A DNA stretch of 63,432 nucleotides, filler included, from an uncultured bacterium (GTDB lineage Bacteria > CAYJRR01): the NCBI GenBank assembly GCA_964372275.1. It is 4 parts of 4 records of this genome, joined end to end, with 100 filler letters (N's around TTAATTAATTAA, not from the genome) between each part and the next. Parts side by side here need not be neighbours in the genome. Positions count along the whole stretch, not along the records: positions 1 to 15,989 come from CAYJRR010000104.1; 3 more parts are not named here. The stretch is one strand, 5' to 3'. This document shows, in pieces, positions 1-11,167 of the stretch. The notes beneath the pieces were generated by a model. The model was given only the letters and a program-made list of their open reading frames with translations. It ran no database searches and had not been told where the DNA came from. How positions within the stretch are numbered: the first letter of the stretch is position 1; each line of letters opens with the position of its first letter. The position numbers and the translations under genes are program-made.

Positions 1-1028
<1,028 letters not shown>

Positions 1029-1063
1029 GACCGACCCCCGACACTCCGCCAAAGGGCCCTCCC

Positions 1064-2170
<1,107 letters not shown>

Positions 2171-2172
2171 GC

Positions 2173-3678
2173 ATGCCGGAGCCGCTCCCGCCGCACTTGG
2201 CGAAGTTCCGCGAAGAGATCAAGGAGCTGGCGAAGTCCTACGGACTCGACTTCTTCGAGACGATCTTCCAGATCCTCGACTACGACGAAGTGAACATGGT
2301 CGCCGCCTACGGCGGGTTCCCCACCCGCTACCCGCACTGGCGCTTCGGGATGGAGTACGAGTCGCTCTCCAAGGGCTACCAGTACGGCCTGCAGAAGATC
2401 TACGAGATGGTGATCAACACCAACCCCTCGTACGCCTACCTGATGAAGGGGAACACCGACACCGACCAGAAGCTGGTCATGGCCCACGTCTACGGCCACG
2501 TCGACTTCTTCAAGAACAACGTCTACTTCGCCCACACCAACCGCAAGATGATCGACGAGATGGCGAACCACGCCACGCGCATCCGGCGCTACGTCGATCG
2601 ACTGGGGATCGAGCCGGTCGAGAACTTCATCGACGCGTGTCTTTCGATCGAGAACCTGATCGACCGCCACCTGCCGGCGATCAAGCGCCGCAAGGACCGG
2701 AAAGCGGGGATCGCGCCGGTGGAGGAGGAGATCCCCGTCCCGCAGAAGATCCGGGCGAAGTCCTACATGGACCCCTTCATCAACCCGAAGGAGTTCCTGG
2801 AACAGCAGCAGAAGAAGATCGACGCCGAGCGTGGCAAGGCCCGGCGCTTTCCCGAGGAGCCCGAGCGCGACGTGATGCTCTTCCTCCTCGAGAACGCGCC
2901 GCTGGAACCGTGGGAGCAGGACATCCTGGAGATCATCCGCGACGAGGCCTACTACTTCGCGCCGCAGGGCATGACCAAGGTCATGAACGAAGGGTGGGCC
3001 TCGTTCTGGCACTCGACGTTGATGACACGGCACATCCTCACGCCGGGGGAGGTGATCGACTACGCCGACCACCACTCGGGAACGCTCGCCACCTCGCCGG
3101 GGCGGCTCAACCCCTACAAGCTGGGGATCGAGCTGTTCCGCGACATCGAGGACCGCTGGAACAAGGGGAAGTTCGGCAAGGAGTACGAGGAGTGCCGCGA
3201 CCTGGCGGAGATCAAGGCCTGGGATCGGAAGCTGGGGAAAGGCCGGGAGAAGATCTTCGAGGTGCGGCGGCTACACAACGACGTCACCTTCATCGACGAG
3301 TTCCTCACCCCCGAGTTCGCGATCGAGCAGAAGCTGTTCACCTTCGACTACAACAAGAACACCAACAGCTACGAGATCCGCGACCGCGCCTTCCAGAAGG
3401 TGAAGGACCGGCTGCTCTTCATGCTGACCAACCACGGCCAGCCGCCGATCCTGGTCGCCGACGGGAACTTCGAGAACCGGGGCGAGCTGCTGCTGCTGCA
3501 TCGGTACGAGGGGATCGGGCTGGAGCCCGACTACGCCAAGGACACCCTCAAGAACGTCCACGCCATCTGGCGCCGCCCGGTCAACCTCGACACCACCGTG
3601 GACGGGAAGCGGATGCTCCTCACCTACGACGGGAAGGAGCACAAGGAGAAGGAGCTGGCCCAGATGCAGCTCCTGTAG
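2173..3678 (+). CDS. spoVR: SpoVR/YcgB family protein
   Basis: [57 protein letters not shown] at 2173 lies just after the yeaH stop. Confidence 0.93.
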   Translation: MPEPLPPHLAKFREEIKELAKSYGLDFFETIFQILDYDEVNMVAAYGGFPTRYPHWRFGMEYESLSKGYQYGLQKIYEMVINTNPSYAYLMKGNTDTDQKLVMAHVYGHVDFFKNNVYFAHTNRKMIDEMANHATRIRRYVDRLGIEPVENFIDACLSIENLIDRHLPAIKRRKDRKAGIAPVEEEIPVPQKIRAKSYMDPFINPKEFLEQQQKKIDAERGKARRFPEEPERDVMLFLLENAPLEPWEQDILEIIRDEAYYFAPQGMTKVMNEGWASFWHSTLMTRHILTPGEVIDYADHHSGTLATSPGRLNPYKLGIELFRDIEDRWNKGKFGKEYEECRDLAEIKAWDRKLGKGREKIFEVRRLHNDVTFIDEFLTPEFAIEQKLFTFDYNKNTNSYEIRDRAFQKVKDRLLFMLTNHGQPPILVADGNFENRGELLLLHRYEGIGLEPDYAKDTLKNVHAIWRRPVNLDTTVDGKRMLLTYDGKEHKEKELAQMQLL

Positions 3679-3744
3679 ACCGATCCCGACGAGGCGCCGC
3701 CCGTGCGCGCATGCGGCCCGTCCGGACGGACGGCAGACTTGAGC

Positions 3745-4263
3745 ATGGCCCTCAATGAACGGCTGCGCCACCTCTTCCAACGCGAGAACGTCCGGTACCA
3801 GATCCTTCCCCATCCCGAGGCGGTGACCGCCTCGGAGATCGCGGCGGCGACGCACGTCTCCGGAAAATCGTTGGCGAAGGTGGTGATGGTGCGGGACGAG
3901 AACGGCGCGCTGCGGATGGCGGTCGTGCCCGCGGCGATGCGTGTCGATCTCCCGGCGCTGGCCCGGGCGATGGGGGTCGACACCATCGACTTCGCGCGCG
4001 AGGAGGAGTTCGCCCCGCTCTTCCCCGATTGCGAGATCGGGGCGATGCCCCCGTTCGGCAACCTCTACGACATCCCGGTCTTCGCCGACGATTCGTTCGC
4101 CCGCCGCAACGACTTCCATTTCCAGGCGGGCAATCACCACGAATTGGCGACGATCGACTACCGCGACTTCGAGCGCCTCGCCCGGCCGACGCTCGGACCG
4201 TTTGGCTACCTGCCGCTGACTCCGATCGACGTCGAGGCCGAGGCCGCGCACCCCGAGTACTGA
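3745..4263 (+). CDS. YbaK/EbsC/ProX family aminoacyl-tRNA editing domain protein
   Basis: LAKVVMV and FPDCEIGAMPPFG motifs, FQAGNH. Confidence 0.85.
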   Translation: MALNERLRHLFQRENVRYQILPHPEAVTASEIAAATHVSGKSLAKVVMVRDENGALRMAVVPAAMRVDLPALARAMGVDTIDFAREEEFAPLFPDCEIGAMPPFGNLYDIPVFADDSFARRNDFHFQAGNHHELATIDYRDFERLARPTLGPFGYLPLTPIDVEAEAAHPEY

Positions 4264-4339
4264 CGCGCGGAGTGTTCCCGGTCTCTCGCATCGCCGGTCC
4301 TCGGACTTCCGGCGGGCGACGGCGGCGTGCTACACCAAC

Positions 4340-5071
4340 GTGCGCGTGCCCCCCGCCCTTTCGATCGTCTTCCCGGCGTTCAACGAGGCGCGGCGGCTTC
4401 CGGACAGCCTGGAGAGGACGTTCGCCTGGCTGGAGTCGCGCCGGTCCGGGCTGCAGGCGGAGGTGCTGGTGGTCGACGACGGTTCCACCGACGGCACCGC
4501 CGACCGGGTGCGGGCGCGCTTCGGCTCGCGCCCCGAGCTTCGGCTCCTTTCCTACGGCGGGAACCGCGGCAAGGGGTTCGCCGTCCGCCACGGGATCCTC
4601 GCCGCGAGCGGCGAGCGGGTGCTGATGACCGACGCCGACCTCTCCACGCCGATCGAGGAGCTGGAGCGCCTCGAGCAGACGATGGAGGAGGAGGGGCTCG
4701 ACATCGCGATCGGCTCCCGGGCGCTCGGCGAGGTGGTGGTTGCCCAACGCGGCGTGCGGAGCTTCGCAGGCAAGATCTACAACCGGATCATGCGGGCGAT
4801 CCTGCTCCTCCCGTTCCACGACACCCAGTGCGGTTTCAAGCTGCTGCGGCGCGAGCGGTGCCTTCCCGTCGTCCGGTCGGTGCGCATCGACCGCGTCAGC
4901 GTCGACGTCGAGCTCCTGTTCCTGGCCCGGCGCTCCGGGCTTCGCGCGGCGGAGATTCCGGTGCGCTGGTACAACAGCCCGGAGTCGAAAGTGAGTTTCG
5001 TCCGCGACGCGTCGCGGATGTTCTTCGACGTGCTTCGGATCCGGTGGTGGTCGATGACCGGCGGCTACTGA
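4340..5071 (+). CDS. Glycosyltransferase family 2, polyprenol-phosphate glucosyltransferase-like
   Basis: LSIVFPAFNE, VVDDGSTDGT, NRGKGFAVRHG, MTDADLS, DTQCGFK. Confidence 0.9.
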   Translation: MRVPPALSIVFPAFNEARRLPDSLERTFAWLESRRSGLQAEVLVVDDGSTDGTADRVRARFGSRPELRLLSYGGNRGKGFAVRHGILAASGERVLMTDADLSTPIEELERLEQTMEEEGLDIAIGSRALGEVVVAQRGVRSFAGKIYNRIMRAILLLPFHDTQCGFKLLRRERCLPVVRSVRIDRVSVDVELLFLARRSGLRAAEIPVRWYNSPESKVSFVRDASRMFFDVLRIRWWSMTGGY

Positions 5072-6069
5072 ACGACGCCGATCAGCCGCTTCTTGCGGAG
5101 CACGATCAGGATCTTCACCACGTCGAGGTCGTAGAGCGGCGTCCGGTCGAGGACCTCGCCCACCGAGGAGTAACGGACGATCGACCGCAACACGGCCTGC
5201 ACCGCCGGCGGGAGCTGCTTCAACAGGGTGGCGTCGGCGGTGAGCAGGCGAAGCCGCACGCGCCGCGGCGGGACCTCGGATCCGATCTGCTCCAGCTCGT
5301 CGATCTGCCGGAACCCCTCGATCAGCATGTTCTCGAGGCTCATCTGCACCCGCCGCTCGAACCGGTCGACGTCGACCGGCTCGGGTCGGAATTCGAAGTC
5401 GGCGTCGCGCCAGGCGAGCAGGCGGAAGATCGCCTTCTCGTTCTCCACCGGTCCGATCACCGCGTAGACGGCGCGACCCTCGACGCAGTAGATCCGGCCG
5501 ACCAGGTCGTCCCGCTCGAGCTCGAGGATCCCGGTGGAACGGTTGGCCGACATCATCTGCAACAACTCGGGGAGCGCCATCAGCGACAGGTTCCCCTGGA
5601 ACGATCTCTTCTTCGAGGCGGCCGGCGGAGGCGGAACCGCGCGATCGCGGAAGGCGTCGGACAGCGCGTAGATCGCGGAGAGGTCGGCCGCCGGATCGTC
5701 GCTGAAATAGACCTTCATCAGCGTCTGGCCGATCTGGACCTTGTCGCCGCTCTTCAGGTTCTGGCTGGTGACCTTGCGGCCGTTGACGAAGGTGCCGTTC
5801 GTCGAACCGAGGTCCTGGATCGATACCTCCTCCTCGACCCAGGCGATCTTGGCGTGCCTCCGGCTGACCAGGTGCTCGTCGATGAAGATGTCGGTCGACT
5901 GAGACCGCCCGGCGAACAGGATCTGGCCGGGACGCATGCGGAACTTCCGCCCGATGGCGCTTCCGGTGATGACGAAGATGTTCACTTCGCGCCCGACCGG
6001 CTCGCGCTTCGGCTCCGCCACGGGCAGGAGGTCCGACAGGCTGCCGACGAACGTCTTTTCTTCGGCCAT
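5065..6069 (-). CDS. FHA domain + DUF4388 (PatA-N-like) signalling protein
   Basis: FHA motifs GRS, VSRRHA, DLGSTNGTFVNG, then FQGNLSLMALPELLQM..TGILEL..GRIY typical of DUF4388. Confidence 0.85.
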   Translation of the reverse strand: MAEEKTFVGSLSDLLPVAEPKREPVGREVNIFVITGSAIGRKFRMRPGQILFAGRSQSTDIFIDEHLVSRRHAKIAWVEEEVSIQDLGSTNGTFVNGRKVTSQNLKSGDKVQIGQTLMKVYFSDDPAADLSAIYALSDAFRDRAVPPPPAASKKRSFQGNLSLMALPELLQMMSANRSTGILELERDDLVGRIYCVEGRAVYAVIGPVENEKAIFRLLAWRDADFEFRPEPVDVDRFERRVQMSLENMLIEGFRQIDELEQIGSEVPPRRVRLRLLTADATLLKQLPPAVQAVLRSIVRYSSVGEVLDRTPLYDLDVVKILIVLRKKRLIGVVQ

Positions 6070-6185
6070 CGTCCTCGCGCTACGCGCTCACGCGGCGGAA
6101 GGGCTCGCGCAATCGCGCGGCATTCCCGCGTCCTACCTTCGCGGTCAGTCTACCCGCGCGCGAGCCGCCGAAGCAAGGCGCCGGC

Positions 6186-6410
6186 CTACGCCGGATCGAC
6201 GGCCTTCGCGCCACGCGACCGCGTCGCCTTCGTCTTCGCGCGGGGCGCGGAGACGGACAGCTGCGACTCGGCCTCGAGCCAGTGCGTCAGTTCCTGCCCG
6301 AACGGCCGGCCGCGCTCGCACCAGATCTCGTACGCCCGCTTCGCCACCATTTCGTGCGACACCGCGGCGGGCGCCGGCGCTCGTGTCGATCTCCCCGTGT
6401 TCCGCTCCAT
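6186..6410 (-). CDS. DUF2934 small protein
   Basis: HEMVAKRAYEIWCERGRPFGQELTHWLEAE; ATG at 6410 preceded by a GAAGGAAG ribosome-binding site. Confidence 0.8.
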   Translation of the reverse strand: MERNTGRSTRAPAPAAVSHEMVAKRAYEIWCERGRPFGQELTHWLEAESQLSVSAPRAKTKATRSRGAKAVDPA

Positions 6411-6539
6411 CGCTTCCTTCTCCTGTTCGTACCCGAAGATGAAGGGGCTCCATTCAATCCGACTCGACTGCGGGGGCAAATGAATTCTTTGCGTCAAACC
6501 CTTGCGCCCGAGCCGCGCCTCATGGGATGAACCCCATCG

Positions 6540-7277
6540 GTGCGACCGATCGTCCTGGTCATGACCGAAGGACCGCGTCGATTCGCCCGCCGCAAGCTGC
6601 GGGACACGCGCGGCTCGGTCGATGCCGCCACCGCCCTCCTTGCGCACGCGCTGGAGGTCGCCGCGACCGCCGGGGAGGTGGTCGTCTGCGCCCCGGCGGG
6701 CGCCGGCGATGGTCTCGAGACGGCGGCCGTCCGCTGGCTCGCACAGGGTTCCGGATCGCTCGCCGCCCGGCTGTGTCGCGCGCTCCAGGAGTTGCACGCC
6801 GAAGAGGCCGCCGCCGGGCGCGACCGGCCGATCGTGGTGCTCGGCGACGATTGCCCCGGCCTCGACGAGGAGGTTCTCGACGACGCCGTGCGCCACCTGA
6901 CCGCGGGAGAGCCGTCGGTGCTCGGCCGGGCGCGCGACGGTGGCTTCTGGCTTTTGGGACTCTCGCGCTGGAACGGCGATCTCGCGGCATCGCTCGCGGC
7001 GAACGTCGCCTGGTCCGGCCCGCGCGCGTTCGAAACGGCGCAGGCGCTGCTGCGGCGGACGTTCGAGCGGAAGCCGGCGATCGTGGCCGAGCTCGACGAC
7101 CTCGACGCGATCGAAGATGTGGCCGGCGCGGTCCGGGCCGCGACCCGCCCGACGTTGAAGCGGGCCCTGGCGGCGGTGCGGCCCGGGCTCCCCCCCGCCG
7201 AATCCGACGATCCGCTCCCGCCGCCCGCCGTCGGGCTGCCTGCCGGACGCCTGCCGCGGCCGCCGCCGCGTCGCTAG
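6540..7277 (+). CDS. DUF2064 (TIGR04282-like, CofC-like) putative glycosyl/nucleotidyltransferase
   Basis: VVLGDDCPGL, VLGRARDGGFWLLGL, VAWSG, LDDLDAIED correspond to the family motifs GxDxP, GPxxDGGY, WS and DVD. Confidence 0.75.
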   Translation: MRPIVLVMTEGPRRFARRKLRDTRGSVDAATALLAHALEVAATAGEVVVCAPAGAGDGLETAAVRWLAQGSGSLAARLCRALQELHAEEAAAGRDRPIVVLGDDCPGLDEEVLDDAVRHLTAGEPSVLGRARDGGFWLLGLSRWNGDLAASLAANVAWSGPRAFETAQALLRRTFERKPAIVAELDDLDAIEDVAGAVRAATRPTLKRALAAVRPGLPPAESDDPLPPPAVGLPAGRLPRPPPRR

Positions 7278-7356
7278 GCCCCCGCGATCGACGCTTTCCC
7301 TACACGCGGCCCGGCGCACGCATGGCCGCAGAACCGGCCGTTTCGAAGGAGTCCCC

Positions 7357-9831
7357 ATGTCGCTCACGCCGCAGACGATCCTCCACACGCCTTCGCTGAC
7401 CCACTGGCACTCGAGCGACGGGCTCCACTTCGCCATCGACGCCGACGGCCCGAACTGGATCGCGACCGACGGCCGCGGGGCGAAGATTCTGACGGCGATC
7501 GACGGCCGGACGACGCTGGCGCAGCTGGTCGCCGCGTGTCGCGGAGATCTCGATCCGGCGAAGGCGTGGCTGCACGTCCACTCGTTCGTGCAGTCGCTGG
7601 TGCGCGCCGGGATCGCACGCACCACGCCCTTCGCGCGTCCCCCGTACGCCGGTCGCGCCGCCCACCTCGCGGCCGGCCGCCTTCGCGAGTTCTGGATCCA
7701 CACCAACAACTCCTGCAACCTGACCTGCGAGCACTGCCTCGTCTCCTCGGGGCCCGACGGCGATCGGGGACTCGCGACCGAAACACTCTTCAAGGCGATC
7801 GACCAGGCGGCGAAACTCGGCGTGGAGCGCTTCTACTTCACCGGTGGCGAGCCGTTCCTGCGAAAGGACGTCTACGAGCTGATCGCGCGGGTGACCGGGA
7901 CCCACGACCGGGAGCTCGTGATCCTGACCAACGCCACCCTGTTCGAGAGCGAGACGCACAAGAACGCCCTGTCGAAGCTCACGCGCGAGAAGGTCCGCTT
8001 CCAGGTTTCGATCGACGGAACCAACGCCGCCGACAACGACCCGATCCGCGGCAAGGGGAGCTTCGAGAAGGCCTCGCGCGGATTGCAGCGTCTCTCCGCG
8101 CTCGGCTTCGAGACGTCGCTCACCGCCGTCCCGTGCCGGGGGAACCTCCGGGAGCTGCCGAAGCTGCCGTCGCTGGCGAAGGCGCTCGGGGCTTCGAGCG
8201 TGCACCTGATGTGGCCGCACCGCCGCGGCCGCGCCCTGCAGATGCTCGAGGAGCTGCCGTCGGTGGACGAGCTTCTCGCCGTGGCGCGCGAGGTGCGGGC
8301 GGCGGCCGCGGAGGCCGGGGTGCGGCTCGACAACGTCGAGAGCCTGAACGGACGCGTCAACGCCGTCCCCGGCGTGAAGCACGATCTCGGGATGGCCGGT
8401 GTCGAATCGCTCTGCCTCTACTCCGACGGCGTCCTCTATCCCTCGGCGGCGACGGCCGACCACAAGGAGCTGGCGATCGGAATCCTCGACGGCAAGAAGC
8501 TCGAGGAGGTCTGGAAGGCGTCGCCGGTGGCGGCGGCGCTTCGCGAGGCGTCGATCGCCCGGAAGCCGTCGGCCTGGGACGATCCGCTCCGTTTCATCCT
8601 CGGCGGCGGCGACGTGGAGCATGCCTACTTCTGGGGGGGGAGCTTCCTGTCGGCCGATCCCTACGAGAGGCTCTACCGGGAGCTCGCCAAGGACGCGATG
8701 CACGAGATGGCGGCCCGCGGCCGGGATCGGCTCAACCGCCGCGCCGGCTACGACGCGCCGGTGATCTTCCACGCCATGGGGGACGGCGCGCTGGCCTGCG
8801 GCGACGAGGCGCCCGGGGCGGTGCGCACCCTCCACTCCAACTGCGTTCTCGCCTTCGACGTCGACCGGCCACGCGCGCTGGTGCGCGAGTTCTACGGCGC
8901 CGCCGCCGAGAAACCGAAGGCGGAGCTGTGCTGCCCGGTCCGTCCGTCGGAGGACGATCTGCGGCACATCCCCAAGGACGTCGTCGACCGGTTCTACGGG
9001 TGCGGAAGCCCGGTGCAGGACGCCTCGATCGCTTTGGGGGAGACGACGCTCGACCTGGGAAGCGGCGCCGGGATCGACGTCTTCATCTCCGCCAAGTACG
9101 TGGGCAAGGAGGGGAAGGCGATCGGCGTCGACATGACCGACGCCATGCTGGGCGTGGCGCGGGAGAACAAGCCGATCGTCGCCCGGAACCTGGGCTACGA
9201 CGTGGTCGATTTCCACAAAGGGTTCCTGGAGAAGGTGCCGGTCGCCGACCGGACGGTCGACGTCGTCACCAGCAACTGCGTGGTGAACCTCTCCCCCGAC
9301 AAGCGCGCCGTCTTCGGCGAGATCTGGCGGGTCCTGAAGGACCACGGCCGCCTGGTCCTGGCCGACATCGTCGTCGACCGCGCCGTCCCGCCGCACCTGC
9401 GGGTGAATCCGCAACTGTGGGGGGAGTGCCTGACCGGGGCGCTGACCGAGGACGAGCTGATGGCGGAGCTCGAGCGCGCCGGCTTCTACGGACTCGAGAT
9501 CCTGAAGAAGAGTTTCTGGCAGAAGGTCGAGGGATACGTCTTCTCCTCGGTCACGGTGCGCGCCTTCAAGTTCGAGAAGAAGACCGGCTGCGTCTATCTC
9601 GGCCACCGCGCCGTCTACCAGGGGCCCTACAAGAGCGTCTCCGACGAGGAGGGGCACCTCTTCCCGCGCTACGAGGAGGTCGAGGTCTGCACCGACACCG
9701 CGGCGAAGCTGACCCACGCGCCGTACTCGGCGACCTTCACGGTTCTGGGTCCCGACGGACAGGTGGTGGCCGCCGTCGACGCCTCCCGCTTCACCAGCGA
9801 AGTTGGCGCCTGCGGACCGGGGTGTTGCTGA
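7357..9831 (+). CDS. Fusion protein: PqqD-like domain, radical SAM, degenerate SPASM, ArsM/AS3MT-like arsenite methyltransferase
   Basis: AAGGAG RBS; CNLTCEHC, FTGGEP, LTNA, VSIDG (radical SAM); CCP, FYGCG, LDLGSGAGID, SNCVVNLSPDK, WGECLTGA and terminal CC (ArsM). Confidence 0.85.
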   Translation: MSLTPQTILHTPSLTHWHSSDGLHFAIDADGPNWIATDGRGAKILTAIDGRTTLAQLVAACRGDLDPAKAWLHVHSFVQSLVRAGIARTTPFARPPYAGRAAHLAAGRLREFWIHTNNSCNLTCEHCLVSSGPDGDRGLATETLFKAIDQAAKLGVERFYFTGGEPFLRKDVYELIARVTGTHDRELVILTNATLFESETHKNALSKLTREKVRFQVSIDGTNAADNDPIRGKGSFEKASRGLQRLSALGFETSLTAVPCRGNLRELPKLPSLAKALGASSVHLMWPHRRGRALQMLEELPSVDELLAVAREVRAAAAEAGVRLDNVESLNGRVNAVPGVKHDLGMAGVESLCLYSDGVLYPSAATADHKELAIGILDGKKLEEVWKASPVAAALREASIARKPSAWDDPLRFILGGGDVEHAYFWGGSFLSADPYERLYRELAKDAMHEMAARGRDRLNRRAGYDAPVIFHAMGDGALACGDEAPGAVRTLHSNCVLAFDVDRPRALVREFYGAAAEKPKAELCCPVRPSEDDLRHIPKDVVDRFYGCGSPVQDASIALGETTLDLGSGAGIDVFISAKYVGKEGKAIGVDMTDAMLGVARENKPIVARNLGYDVVDFHKGFLEKVPVADRTVDVVTSNCVVNLSPDKRAVFGEIWRVLKDHGRLVLADIVVDRAVPPHLRVNPQLWGECLTGALTEDELMAELERAGFYGLEILKKSFWQKVEGYVFSSVTVRAFKFEKKTGCVYLGHRAVYQGPYKSVSDEEGHLFPRYEEVEVCTDTAAKLTHAPYSATFTVLGPDGQVVAAVDASRFTSEVGACGPGCC

Positions 9832-9839
9832 GGAACGGC

Positions 9840-9900
9840 CGGGAGCGGGTTCGGGTTCGGCAGCAGAAGCGGATGCGGGAACGGGAACGGATACGGGAGG
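9840..9900. repeat. Degenerate hexamer tandem repeat (CGGNNN)~10
   Basis: cgggag cgggtt cgggtt cggcag cagaag cggatg cgggaa cgggaa cggata cgggag, read directly from the sequence. Confidence 0.7.
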
Positions 9901-9904
9901 TCGG

Positions 9905-11074
9905 ATGGCGGTGATCTTCGTCCTTGCCGCGGCGCTCTTGGTCGCCTACGCGAACGGCGCGAACGATAACTTCAAAGGGGTCGCGACGCTTTTCGGCAGC
10001 GGGACGACCGACTACCGTCGGGCGCTTCGCTGGGGGACGGCGACGACCTTTGCCGGCGGTGTCACGGCGCTGGTCGCCTCCGCCGGACTGGTGAAGGCGT
10101 TCAGCGGGGCCGGGCTGGTTCCGAACGCGCTCGTCGGCGCGCCGTCGTTCGTGGCCTCGGTGGCGCTTGGCGCGTCGCTCACCGTCCTGGCGGCGACGCT
10201 CCTCTCCCTCCCGATCTCGACGACGCACGCCCTGACCGGCGCGCTCGTCGGAGCGGGCCTGGTGCTGGGAGGAGAGGTTCACTTCGCGGTGCTGGGCAAG
10301 AAGTTCTTCCTTCCCCTCGCCGTCTCGCCGTTCCTCGCCCTGTCGATTACCGCCCTGCTCTACCCGGCGCTCCGGCGACTGCGTCTCGCGCTGGGAATCG
10401 CCCGCGAGTCGTGCGTCTGCGTCGAGGGGCGATGGGTGCCGCTGTCGACGGTGGGCGGCGCTTCGGCGGCGGCGACGGTTGCCGAGCCGAGCCGAGCCGG
10501 CGGCGCGCACGCCGCGGCGAACGCTTCGCTCGGCCTCCAAGGAGGCGCGGTCCCCCTCCCCGTCCTCACCACCTGTCAGCAGCGCTACTCCGGCGCCGTG
10601 CTCGCCGTCGACGCGCAACAGGCGATCACCGTGGCCCACTACGCCAGCGCCGGCGCCGTCTCCTTCGCCCGGGGATTGAACGACACGCCCAAGATCGCCG
10701 CCCTGCTGCTCGCCGCGCAGGCGGTCGGCCTTCGCCACGGCATGCTCCTCGTCGCGATTGCGATGGCCGCCGGGGCGATCCTCCAGGCTCGCCGCGTCGC
10801 CCAGACCATGAGCCAGAAGATTACCGAGATGAACGCGGGCCAGGGATTCACCGCCAACCTGGTGACGGCCCTGCTCGTGATCGTCGCCTCGCGGTTTGGT
10901 CTTCCGGTCTCCACGACGCACGTCTCGTGCGGGTCGCTCTTCGGCCTCGGCGCGGTGACCGGCACCGGCCGCTGGGGGACCGTCACCGGGATCGTCCTCG
11001 CCTGGCTCGTGACGTTGCCCGCCGCCGCCGCGCTCGCCGCCGCCACCGCGGCGATCGTGCGCGCCGCAGCCTGA
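9905..11074 (+). CDS. PiT (PHO4) family inorganic phosphate/anion transporter
   Basis: NGANDNFKG, LPISTTHALTG, ARGLNDTPK, LPVSTTH duplicated signatures; multiple hydrophobic segments; GGGAGG RBS. Confidence 0.9.
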   Translation: MAVIFVLAAALLVAYANGANDNFKGVATLFGSGTTDYRRALRWGTATTFAGGVTALVASAGLVKAFSGAGLVPNALVGAPSFVASVALGASLTVLAATLLSLPISTTHALTGALVGAGLVLGGEVHFAVLGKKFFLPLAVSPFLALSITALLYPALRRLRLALGIARESCVCVEGRWVPLSTVGGASAAATVAEPSRAGGAHAAANASLGLQGGAVPLPVLTTCQQRYSGAVLAVDAQQAITVAHYASAGAVSFARGLNDTPKIAALLLAAQAVGLRHGMLLVAIAMAAGAILQARRVAQTMSQKITEMNAGQGFTANLVTALLVIVASRFGLPVSTTHVSCGSLFGLGAVTGTGRWGTVTGIVLAWLVTLPAAAALAAATAAIVRAAA

Positions 11075-11167
11075 CCGGCCGATTCGACCTCTTCGCACCG
11101 CGCATCGAGCGACGGCGGCTCCGACCTTCGACGCGGCGTTGCGCGGCGCGTGGTAGATTGCGCGGCG

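Noticed and set aside
4340-5071. GT2 as part of the arsenic unit
   Set aside because: Separated by two opposite-strand genes and resembles generic polyprenol-phosphate glycosyltransferases.
9829-9969. Selenocysteine read-through of the TGA after CGPGCC (would give CC-U-GTAGSG...), with a small hairpin downstream
   Set aside because: Terminal CC is normal for ArsM; the hairpin is weak and its loop only about 10 nt from the TGA; the extension is the hexamer repeat and runs out of frame into the PiT gene. A bSECIS search and homologue alignment would settle it.
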